From: an uncultured bacterium
GTDB lineage: Bacteria; Verrucomicrobiota; Kiritimatiellia; CAIKKV01; CAIJXV01
Direction of reading: 5' to 3'
Length of the DNA: 64,000 nucleotides
NCBI GenBank assembly: GCA_903824675.1
Contig: CAIJXV010000055.1
Span: forward strand, 39,395-103,394
This document shows, one piece after another, positions 19,641-28,204 of this stretch (the stretch's first letter is position 1; every line of letters begins with the position of its first letter). The translations under genes and the position numbers were made by a program. A model generated the notes under the pieces. It searched no databases. It was not told where the DNA came from and saw only the letters and a program-made list of their open reading frames with translations.

Positions 19641-21551
19641 TCAGGGCGATCCCTGCTCCAGCAAGGCGCGGAGAGCCGGGAGACCGGAGAGATGAGCCAG
19701 GGCGCGTCGCATCTGGGCGAGGGCGGCAGGGATATGGCGGGCGAAATCAGCGGTGGCAGGCTCTGCTCCCAATTTGGCGTAGGCCCCGAGGGCCTGGGCC
19801 AGACGTTGGACGACGGCCAACCAAAAATCTTTCTCGGCCAGTTCATGGAACGGGCTCATATCCTGATAGAATTTAAGTAAGTCGAGCTGAATTTTTTCTT
19901 CCAGCCGGGCATACGGATCCGCCAGCAGTGAGGCTAGATCGTAATAGGGCGAACCCCACCGCATGCCTTGGAAATCAATGAAGACCGTTCTTCCCTTGTG
20001 AAACAGGATATTGGTCGATTGCAGATCCCGATGAATCAGCACCTGGGGATGGCGCAACAACCGGGTGGCGATGGATTGGAGATCACGTCGGATGCCGTCG
20101 ATGGCCGCTGATTCGAGACGAAGCCGATGGGATAGAAAGTGTTCGGCGAAATAATCATGTTCCCATGTATACAGACGGCGGTTGAAGGGCGGCATCAGTT
20201 TGATCCGGGCTTGGGCGACGGCGCGCGGACCCTCAACATGGAGACGGAGGACATCAGGCAAAACCTGACGATAGAGTTTTAGGGCGGTTGCCGGAGAAGC
20301 CGTTTCGAGTCGGGTCAGGAGGGAGATATTCCCTAAATCTTCAAGCGCGGTGGCCTGAAGTTCGGGAAAATCGGCCAAAACCCGGGGGACGGGGACTCCG
20401 ACTTGGGCGAGTTGGCGGGCATGATTTGCGTATAGGGTATTTTCATGCCGGATGGGGTCGTAAGCGATCAGGATGGCGCGTTGCCGTCCGTAGAAAGCAC
20501 GGGTGAAATCACGGGCCGAGCCGCGAGCGCCGAGCGGGACCAGGGTGGTGCGATCCAGTGGCCAGCCGAGTTGGTTGAGCAGGGAATGTAAACGGGGCTG
20601 GGGCCAATCGGAGGCGCGGACCAGGAGGGCCGATTGGACGGATTGATTAAAATAAACATCCGGGCCGATGAGGGTGTCGACGATCCGGGCCTGGGGTCCG
20701 ATCCGTGCGCCCTCCAGTACGACCGAGTTGATCAGCTGGGCCCCGGGTTGGATCCGGGTGGTCGGGTGGATGCCGGCAAAGGTTGTTGCACGCGGGGAAA
20801 AATCACCCGCCGGGGTGTAAAAACGTTGCCCGGGCTGTCGTGAGTGCCAGGCGGAGCGCGTATCGGCGTGCGCCTGAAGAAGGCTTGCCGGCGTGCCCAG
20901 GTCGGCCCAGAATCCACGATCGGAAGCGATCCCGAGGAGCGTGCGCCCTGCTTTTTGAGCGCGTTCGTAAGCGGCAATAAGCGTGTCAAAACCCACGGGT
21001 TGGATGAATTCGATGAGGGTTGGGTCAAAGAGTTGTAATCCGCAGAAGGTGGCGGTGCCCGGTGTTCCCGGGGAGGAACTCCGGAAGGTTCGGATCCGGT
21101 TCCGGTCGAGTTCGACGGTCCGGGGTCCAAGCGTGGGGTGCATCCAGAGGGCGGCCTGGGCGTGTTCCCGGGCGAAGGGGTACAGCAGGAGGCGCGGATC
21201 CAAATCGGCGGCGACATCGGCATTAAGGATCCAGATCGGTTCCTCGGGAAGGAACCAGGCGGCCTGGCGAAGCGCGCCACCGGTTCCGAGAATTTCGGGT
21301 TCGAAGGAAAACTGGATACGCAGGTCCGGGGGCGGTGTGAGGGTGCGGATGAAATTGACCATGGGGCCGGGTTCATGATGCAGATTAATCAGAACCTCGC
21401 GCACGCCCCATTGATGGAGCAGGTCGAGATTATGCAGGATGAGGGGGCGGCTCCAAAGGGGCAGGAGAGGTTTAGGGATGCGGAAGGTGAGGGGCTGCAA
21501 CCGGGACCCGAAGCCGGCGGCGAGGAGGATGGCGCGACGGGGGCGAATCAT
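19641..21551 (-). CDS. Fused nucleotidyltransferase (MurU-like) and aminoglycoside-phosphotransferase-family kinase (AmgK-like)
   Basis: N-terminal ILLAAGFGSRLQPLT..PKPL and LGTGG; short LbH; C-terminal GSAR.F.R, EDLG, HRDLQS.N, IDFQG...YDLASLL.D.Y. Confidence 0.85.
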   Translation of the reverse strand: MIRPRRAILLAAGFGSRLQPLTFRIPKPLLPLWSRPLILHNLDLLHQWGVREVLINLHHEPGPMVNFIRTLTPPPDLRIQFSFEPEILGTGGALRQAAWFLPEEPIWILNADVAADLDPRLLLYPFAREHAQAALWMHPTLGPRTVELDRNRIRTFRSSSPGTPGTATFCGLQLFDPTLIEFIQPVGFDTLIAAYERAQKAGRTLLGIASDRGFWADLGTPASLLQAHADTRSAWHSRQPGQRFYTPAGDFSPRATTFAGIHPTTRIQPGAQLINSVVLEGARIGPQARIVDTLIGPDVYFNQSVQSALLVRASDWPQPRLHSLLNQLGWPLDRTTLVPLGARGSARDFTRAFYGRQRAILIAYDPIRHENTLYANHARQLAQVGVPVPRVLADFPELQATALEDLGNISLLTRLETASPATALKLYRQVLPDVLRLHVEGPRAVAQARIKLMPPFNRRLYTWEHDYFAEHFLSHRLRLESAAIDGIRRDLQSIATRLLRHPQVLIHRDLQSTNILFHKGRTVFIDFQGMRWGSPYYDLASLLADPYARLEEKIQLDLLKFYQDMSPFHELAEKDFWLAVVQRLAQALGAYAKLGAEPATADFARHIPAALAQMRRALAHLSGLPALRALLEQGSP

Positions 21552-22738
21552 GGGGCTGCCTCATAGAGGAGGGCTGTGGCGCGTTCGGAGGCGAAGGCGG
21601 CCAAGTCCGGCTGCCATCCGGTGACAATGTGGTCCGGCGAATGTCCGGTCTGTAAAGCCACCCGGACCGACGGGGTGCCATAGAGTTGATCGAAGAACGC
21701 CGGGCGATTGGCGGAAAATGACCAGAGGGCGCCTGCGCCGCAGGCCGCCTGGAAGGCGGCGATCAGGTGGACCGACAGGGTGACCGGTTGGAAGCGTGCG
21801 GCGTCTGTGATTTGGATTCGGGCGCCCCCGATGGAGCGGGACGCCCAGGGGCCTTGGGTGGGGGTGAAGTTGCAGGGATTGAGGCGAACCCCGGGCAGAC
21901 GGATGGCGGCCAGTGCCTGGTGGATTTCGCGGGGATCGGCGAGACCGGAGCCGACCACTTGAAAAACTTCTTCCAGGCCGGTTCCATTATCAATGGCGGC
22001 CAGTCCCTCAGAAAAGACCGTCGCCGTGAAACATTGGGCGGCCGCGAGGGACCGGATTCGGGGAGAGGGAGGAATCCATGACCAGTCCGGCGTACCCGAA
22101 AAAGTGGGTCGCCGATAATTTTCCATGGGCGCGACCGTGAGATCGAGATCGAGTTCGAGCCGGGTGACCAACCATCGGGCGGTTTCGCCGGGCGTCATTC
22201 CGTAGAGCAGAGGCGCCGGAATGGCTCCGACAAAGCTGGCACAGGCGGGATCGAGCAGGGGTCCGTCGAGGGTTTGGGGAAGCGGAATCGGCCGATCGGC
22301 AACCATGACGGGACGATGGGTTTCGGCGGCGACTTCGAGGCAGGCGCGGAGAGTGGAGACGTAAGTATAAGGCCGCGCGCCCAAATCCTGAAGATCGATC
22401 AGAAGTAAATCGAGTTGTTGAAAAGATTCGGGGAGGGGACGACGGCGATGCCCATAGAGCGAGTGGATGGGGATTTTCCAGAGCGGATGAAGGCCATCGG
22501 GCGTGTGTTCTCCGGCGGCGGCCTGACCGGTGAAGCCATGCTCTGGACCAAAGAGGGCCGCCAGGTTTAAATCGGGATCGGCTTGAAGGCGGGCGGCCGT
22601 GGTTTGACCGGTTTCATCGACGGCCGCGAGGTGGGAGACGAGTCCGATCCGGCGGCCGAGGAGGCAGACGCGACGGGAGGTGAGCAGATTCGAAATGCCC
22701 GGTCGCCAGGGAGGAGGATGGAAGGGCGCATTCATCAT
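21548..22738 (-). CDS. namZ: DUF1343 / exo-beta-N-acetylmuramidase NamZ family
   Basis: ALFGPEHG, SLYG, DLQDLGAR.YTY, DRP.P, GMTPGE, W.PPSP; start placed at ATG 22738. Confidence 0.8.
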   Translation of the reverse strand: MMNAPFHPPPWRPGISNLLTSRRVCLLGRRIGLVSHLAAVDETGQTTAARLQADPDLNLAALFGPEHGFTGQAAAGEHTPDGLHPLWKIPIHSLYGHRRRPLPESFQQLDLLLIDLQDLGARPYTYVSTLRACLEVAAETHRPVMVADRPIPLPQTLDGPLLDPACASFVGAIPAPLLYGMTPGETARWLVTRLELDLDLTVAPMENYRRPTFSGTPDWSWIPPSPRIRSLAAAQCFTATVFSEGLAAIDNGTGLEEVFQVVGSGLADPREIHQALAAIRLPGVRLNPCNFTPTQGPWASRSIGGARIQITDAARFQPVTLSVHLIAAFQAACGAGALWSFSANRPAFFDQLYGTPSVRVALQTGHSPDHIVTGWQPDLAAFASERATALLYEAAP

Positions 22739-22755
22739 GGGGCATTTGAAAGGGA

Positions 22756-24699
22756 TCACTTTATGCGTTGGGCGAGCATGCGTTGGATGGTCGCGACCAG
22801 CGACTCGGGGTCGAATGGTTTCTGGATGAATTTCCAGGCGCCCGGCGGAAGGATGGAGCGGACATAGTCGCGGGAGAAGCCACAGGCCATGATAATGTTG
22901 GCGGCGGGGTCGCGCTCGAGAACGGCATTGAGTAGAAGTCGGCAATCGGAGCCCGGCATGATGACATCGACCAGGTGCAGGTCGAAGGACAGCGCAGGAT
23001 CGCGGATGAGGGCCAGGGCTTCTTCACTTCCCCCGGCGGTGAACACCTGGAAACCCGCCGCCTCCAAAAGGGACCGGACATCGGTGCGAACCTCCTCGTG
23101 GTCATCGACCACGAGGATTCGAGCGATGGCGGGAGCCGAAGTGGAGGAAGGCCTGGATTTGCGCTGGGTGGATTCCGGGAGAAAGAGCGTGAGCGTGTTG
23201 CCGCTCCAGCGTTTATTGGCGGCCTTGATCCATCCGCCGAATCGTTGGGCGGCCGCCTGGGCGACAGAGAGGCCCAGACCAATCCGAACGCCTTGGGCGC
23301 GGGCCAGGTAAAAGGGTTCAAAAAGGTGTTCCAGAACGTCGTTGGGCCAGCGATTATCGGCGTCGCGGATGCGCAGGGCGACATAGGGACCCGGCTTGGC
23401 GTGCGGATTCAGGGTGGGATCGGGGGTTGAAATGGTGGTCCGGGAGGCATCGACATGCAGGATCCCCCCGTTGGACATGGCGTCGGCGGCGCACATGAAG
23501 AGGTCGGTCAGAATATCGAGGAGGCGGCTGGCATCAGCCATGACCACGGGGAGATCCTGGTTTTTATCGATTTGGATTTTAATGCGACGTTCGGTGAGGG
23601 GTTGTTCCAGGAGAATCTGGGCATTGAGGATCAGGCCGGACAAGGGCACCGGGCTGATGGAAATATCCGAATCCGAGGAGGTGGCTCGGGCGACGCCGAG
23701 GATGCGCCGGGTGAGAAGACCGGCATGACGGAGGGTGTCGAGGATGTTCAGCGTATCGGTGTGGGCATGGGTATTGGGCAGGAGATGATCGAGCATGGAG
23801 GTGGCATAACTCCGGACCTGAGTTATGACGGAATCAAATTCATAGGCCAGCGTTCCGGCCATTTTGCCGATCGCCTCCATTTTCTGGGTGGTCAGCATGT
23901 GCTTTTCGATTTCGCGCCGGTGGGAAAGATCGGTGAGAACCAAGACGCGGCCTGCCGGTTGGTTCTGGGTGTCGCGAATCAGGGAGAGGCGATAGCTGAC
24001 CGGTCGGTCGTCGCCCTGTCGGGAAGTGAGGAGGACTTCGGTGGGTTCTTCGGAGGCATCTTGGGGCAACTCGGCCAAGTCGGCCAGGTCGGGCAGGATG
24101 ATTTCGGTATGGGTCGGTTCGGCGAGGAGTCGAATAATGGAGTTGAAGCTTCGGCCCAGGGCTTCCGCGCGGGGCCAGCCGGTAAAGGTTTCGGCGAGGG
24201 GGTTGATGAAGTTGATGTGGTCGCTCTCGTCGGTGGTGATGACGGCATCGCCGATCCCCCGGAGAGTTGCCTCGAACCAGCGTTCCCGGGCCATGCGACG
24301 GTTTTCCGCCTGGTGCCGGTAGAGGGCCAGATCGATCATGACGAGGAGTTCCCGTTCTGCGAACGGTTTGATCAGGTAACCGAAAGGGTCCGTGAGTTTG
24401 ACGCGATCCAGAGTTTCCGCGTCGCTGAGGGCGGTAATAAAAACGATGGGAATATCGAGGCGTTCATGGATTTCACGGCCGGCGTCGATGCCATCGACCG
24501 CTCCGTCCAGAACGATATCCATGATGATCAGGTCGGGTTTGAGTCGGGCCGCTTCCCGCCGGGCGGCATCGCCCGAAGTCAGCAGGCCGACGATCGCATA
24601 GCCCTCCCGGCGCAAAAGATCAGCCAGGGTTTGCAGGATAACCGGCTCGTCATCGACGATGAGAATTCTGGCTTTTTCCCGAGTCATCGAGGCGGCCAC
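22756..24699 (-). CDS. REC-PAS-(degenerate HisKA/HATPase)-REC hybrid signalling protein
   Basis: Two receiver domains with conserved Asp/Lys and a PAS domain; QKMEAIG..AG.LAYEF in place of the AHDFNN H-box. Confidence 0.85.
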   Translation of the reverse strand: MAASMTREKARILIVDDEPVILQTLADLLRREGYAIVGLLTSGDAARREAARLKPDLIIMDIVLDGAVDGIDAGREIHERLDIPIVFITALSDAETLDRVKLTDPFGYLIKPFAERELLVMIDLALYRHQAENRRMARERWFEATLRGIGDAVITTDESDHINFINPLAETFTGWPRAEALGRSFNSIIRLLAEPTHTEIILPDLADLAELPQDASEEPTEVLLTSRQGDDRPVSYRLSLIRDTQNQPAGRVLVLTDLSHRREIEKHMLTTQKMEAIGKMAGTLAYEFDSVITQVRSYATSMLDHLLPNTHAHTDTLNILDTLRHAGLLTRRILGVARATSSDSDISISPVPLSGLILNAQILLEQPLTERRIKIQIDKNQDLPVVMADASRLLDILTDLFMCAADAMSNGGILHVDASRTTISTPDPTLNPHAKPGPYVALRIRDADNRWPNDVLEHLFEPFYLARAQGVRIGLGLSVAQAAAQRFGGWIKAANKRWSGNTLTLFLPESTQRKSRPSSTSAPAIARILVVDDHEEVRTDVRSLLEAAGFQVFTAGGSEEALALIRDPALSFDLHLVDVIMPGSDCRLLLNAVLERDPAANIIMACGFSRDYVRSILPPGAWKFIQKPFDPESLVATIQRMLAQRIK

Positions 24700-24748
24700 C
24701 TTCCGACGGGAAACGGCTAGGCCGTTTCCCGTCGTTCAGAAATTCGAC

Positions 24749-25750
24749 TTACTTGTTTTTCTCGCTAAAGGCCTCGTCGAAGACGCGGCCCGACTTCGGG
24801 AAGTCCAGATCACGGACGAAACGGCACGCCTCGGGGGCGCCGAATTCGCGATCCATGGCGGCATCTTCCCACTCCACCGATAGCGGTCCGCCGTAATTGA
24901 TGGTATTGAGCGTGCGAATGATCTCTTCGAAGTTGACCTGTCCGCGGCCGAGGCTCCGGAAGTCCCATCCCCGTCCGGGGCTGCCGAAATTCAGGTGCGA
25001 GCTGAGAATTCCACTTTCGCCGTCCAGGGTCAGGGCTGCATCCTTCATGTGGCAGTGATAGATCCGGTCCGGGAACGCCTGGATGAACTTGACCGGATCG
25101 ACCATTTGCCAATGCAAATGGCTGGGGTCGAAATTGAATCCGAAGGTTTCCCGGTTGTTCAAAGCCTTGAGCGCGCGACGAGCCGTGACGATATCGAAGG
25201 CGATTTCGGTCGGATGCACTTCGAGCGCAAAGCGCACGCCGCACTTATCGAAGACATCGAGAATGGGATTCCAAGTTTTGGCGAAAAACTGGAAGCCTTT
25301 TTCGATCATCGCGTCACTGACCGGCGGAAAGCTGTAAATCATGTGCCAGATGGGGGAGCCGGTGAAGCCATTGACCGTTTTGACCCCGATATTTTCGGCG
25401 GCCTTGGCGGTATCCTTCATCGTCTGGATGGCCCATTTACGCTTGGCGTCGGCATTACCCTTGCAAGCCGGCGGGGCAAACATGTCCGAGCGGGCATCGT
25501 CGTTGGGGTCGCAGACCAACTGGCCGGCCAGGTGCGCACTGATGGCATAGACCTTCAGTCCGTGATCCGCCAGAATCTCGACGCGGGTTTTGGCGTATTT
25601 TTTATCCTTGGCCGCGCGGGCGACATCGACATGATCGCCCCAGCAGGCGAGTTCCAAGCCGTCATAGCCCCAGGCGGCGGCTTTCTTGGCGAGTTGTTCG
25701 AGGGGGATGTCGGCGAATTGACCGGTGAACAGTGTGACAGGTCTCGGCAT
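24749..25750 (-). CDS. Sugar phosphate isomerase/epimerase (xylose-isomerase-like TIM barrel)
   Basis: GYDGLELACWGDH, FALEVHPTEIA, NFDPSH, H.HMKD, LSVEWED. Confidence 0.9.
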   Translation of the reverse strand: MPRPVTLFTGQFADIPLEQLAKKAAAWGYDGLELACWGDHVDVARAAKDKKYAKTRVEILADHGLKVYAISAHLAGQLVCDPNDDARSDMFAPPACKGNADAKRKWAIQTMKDTAKAAENIGVKTVNGFTGSPIWHMIYSFPPVSDAMIEKGFQFFAKTWNPILDVFDKCGVRFALEVHPTEIAFDIVTARRALKALNNRETFGFNFDPSHLHWQMVDPVKFIQAFPDRIYHCHMKDAALTLDGESGILSSHLNFGSPGRGWDFRSLGRGQVNFEEIIRTLNTINYGGPLSVEWEDAAMDREFGAPEACRFVRDLDFPKSGRVFDEAFSEKNK

Positions 25751-25780
25751 GATCTGATCTCCTTATGTTTGCGGTGGTTG

Positions 25781-26941
25781 TTAGATTTTCGGCATCGGGG
25801 TCCAGACAGAACCCTTTTTGTTACTCTTGACGACGGTCTCGAGGAAGGCCATGCCGCGCACGCCATCGTGAACGGTGGGGTAGTCATATTTCTCCTCGAC
25901 CACTTTTTTCCCGGCTCGTTTAGCCTCTACCGCGTTGGCGAAATTGCGATAGATATTGGCAAAAGCTTCCAGATAACCTTCCGGATGGCCGGCCGGGATA
26001 CGCGATACTGCGGAGGCGGCTGCGCCGGCGAACGGCGTGGCTGTACGGCGGATTTCGCGCGGCTTATCCAGCCAATCCACGATCAATGAATTGGGTTCCT
26101 GCTGGTGCCATTCGAGGGAGCCTTTTTCGCCGTAGACGCGGATGTTCAGTCCATTTTCGCATCCGATGGCGATCTGGCTGGCCCAGATAATGCCTTGGGC
26201 GCCATTTTCGAAATGGGCCAGGATACTGCCATCGTCATCGAGGGGGCGGCCCTTGACGAAGGTGGCGAGGTCGGCGCAGAGCTCCTTGATTTTGAGCCCG
26301 GTGATGTATTCAGCCAGATTTTCAGCATGCGATCCGATATCCCCGATGCAACAGGTGCCACCGGCGAGTTTGGGATCCGTCCGCCAACCGGCCTGTTTTT
26401 GACCCGAGGATTCCAGGCGAGTGGCGAGCCATCCCTGGGGGTATTCAGAGACGATTCGACGAACTTTTCCGAGTTGGCCGGACCGGACCAGTTCGCGAGC
26501 GGCCTTGACCATCGCATTGCCGGTGTAGTTATGGGTGAGCGCGAAGAGCAAGCCGGTTTGCTTGACTTTGGCTTCCAGTTTCAATGCTTGGTCGAGCGTC
26601 ATGGTCATGGGCTTATCGCAAATGACATGAAACCCGGCGGACAAGGCGGCCATCGCGATGGGGAAATGGGTGCTGTTGGGAGTGACGATGGCGACGAAAT
26701 CCATGCGATCGCCAGCGGGTCGTTTGGCTTCGGCGCGGATCATTTCCTGGTAGGTTCCATAGGCGCGGTCGGGGGGGATCAGGAGATCGGCAGCACTGGC
26801 CTTGGATTTTTCGGGCGTACTGCTGAATGCGCCACAAACCAGCTCTATTTTGCCGTCGATAGCGGCGGCGATCCGGTGAACTCCGCCGATAAATGCGCCA
26901 CGTCCGCCACCCACCATTCCCATCTTGAGCCGTCGATTCAT
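25781..26941 (-). CDS. Gfo/Idh/MocA family oxidoreductase
   Basis: GMVGGGRGAFIG.VHR, TPN..H, ICDKP, GDIGSHA, GHPEGYLEAFANIY. Confidence 0.92.
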   Translation of the reverse strand: MNRRLKMGMVGGGRGAFIGGVHRIAAAIDGKIELVCGAFSSTPEKSKASAADLLIPPDRAYGTYQEMIRAEAKRPAGDRMDFVAIVTPNSTHFPIAMAALSAGFHVICDKPMTMTLDQALKLEAKVKQTGLLFALTHNYTGNAMVKAARELVRSGQLGKVRRIVSEYPQGWLATRLESSGQKQAGWRTDPKLAGGTCCIGDIGSHAENLAEYITGLKIKELCADLATFVKGRPLDDDGSILAHFENGAQGIIWASQIAIGCENGLNIRVYGEKGSLEWHQQEPNSLIVDWLDKPREIRRTATPFAGAAASAVSRIPAGHPEGYLEAFANIYRNFANAVEAKRAGKKVVEEKYDYPTVHDGVRGMAFLETVVKSNKKGSVWTPMPKI

Positions 26942-27215
26942 TATGCGCCTCCGAGTTGATCGGGTTAGACCTTCAAACTTGTCTGTCAGCCTATCCGTTT
27001 CTCGTCAAAGGATCAAACGAAAAGCGGATCCCGCCAGGGCAACTGCAAGTGCCTCTGACGTTACCCCCATAAACCAGACAGGTTTCTGAGCGAGTCTGAC
27101 GCCGGGGTACGGATGGCGCTTGAAAAGGGCGGGGGGTGGGAATATGATTTGTCGCCGATGTCCTCGCGTGAAAGCGCGACGGATACCCGGAAGCCAGTCA
27201 CTTGCAGGAGGACGT

Positions 27216-28070
27216 ATGTTTTTATCAGGCATTGCGGATGAGGCGGGGAAGTCTTTGGATGTTCAAATCAAGGCCCACCGCGAATTGGGGTGGTCCCATA
27301 TCGAATTGCGGATGGTCGATGGGCGTCAATTCACGTCGCTTAGCGATGCCGAATTTGATGTGGCCTATGGTCAATTGGAAAAGGCGGGGATGAAGGTGAG
27401 TTGCTTTTCATCGGCCATCGCCAATTGGGCCCGGCACATTACCGGATCTTTTGAGATCGATCTTGACGATCTGCGCCGCAGTATTCCCCGGATGCGCCGG
27501 TTGGGTTGCCCTTTCATTCGGATCATGAGCTGGCCCAACAAAGGCCTGGAGTCGGATGCGTGGAAGAACGAGGTCGTGCGGCGGATGAAGGAATTGGCAC
27601 GGATGGCCGAGGATGGCGGGATAACGCTGGCTCTGGAAAACTGTGACGGCTGGGCCTCTCAATCGGCCGTGCGCATGGTTGAATTCATGGGGCTGATCAA
27701 CAGTCCGGCCTTAAAAGTGGTGTTTGACACCGGCAATCCCCCGGCGCATGGGCACAATGCGGCGGCCTGGTACCTGGCCGTCAAACGGTTTATCGCCTAT
27801 ATCCACATCAAGGATTGTTATATCGATGCCGATGAACAGGTCCGCTATACCTGGCCCAATGAGGGGCATGGCTTTGTGCGTTTCATTCTGGACGACTTGT
27901 TCCGGGACGGGTATGACGGGGGGATTTCGATTGAACCGCATGTGGCCGCGCAGATCCATTCCGGGAATATGGCGGAAGCGAATGAAGATTCGGCCTATCG
28001 CAGTTATGTGACATATGGCCGCAAGTTGGCTGAATTGGTCGAAAAAATGCGGGAGTCGGAAACGCGATGA
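27216..28070 (+). CDS. Sugar phosphate isomerase/epimerase family TIM barrel
   Basis: SGIADE, LENC, FDTGN, IHIKD, ISIEPH; AGGAGG RBS before ATG 27216. Confidence 0.85.
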   Translation: MFLSGIADEAGKSLDVQIKAHRELGWSHIELRMVDGRQFTSLSDAEFDVAYGQLEKAGMKVSCFSSAIANWARHITGSFEIDLDDLRRSIPRMRRLGCPFIRIMSWPNKGLESDAWKNEVVRRMKELARMAEDGGITLALENCDGWASQSAVRMVEFMGLINSPALKVVFDTGNPPAHGHNAAAWYLAVKRFIAYIHIKDCYIDADEQVRYTWPNEGHGFVRFILDDLFRDGYDGGISIEPHVAAQIHSGNMAEANEDSAYRSYVTYGRKLAELVEKMRESETR

Positions 28071-28102
28071 GAGAAATCAAAGAGGCGCCCGAATCGGAGA
28101 AT

Positions 28103-28160
28103 AGCCGCCCCATAGGTTCGGCGGTACTCTGGACGTAGAGCCGGATCTATGAGACGGCTC
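28103..28160. repeat. REP/REPIN-like inverted doublet
   Basis: AGCCGCCCCATAGGTTCGGCGGTAC and GTAGAGCCGGATCTATGAGACGGCTC in inverted orientation. Confidence 0.5.
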
Positions 28161-28204
28161 ACAGGCAAGCCTAGTCAAGGCCGAATTAACGGAAAGGTTT
28201 TCAC

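Noticed and set aside
23455-24720. 421-aa plus-strand ORF (likewise 24995-26089, 28175-29530, 35325-36452, 42314-43390)
   Set aside because: Antisense shadows of well-supported genes.
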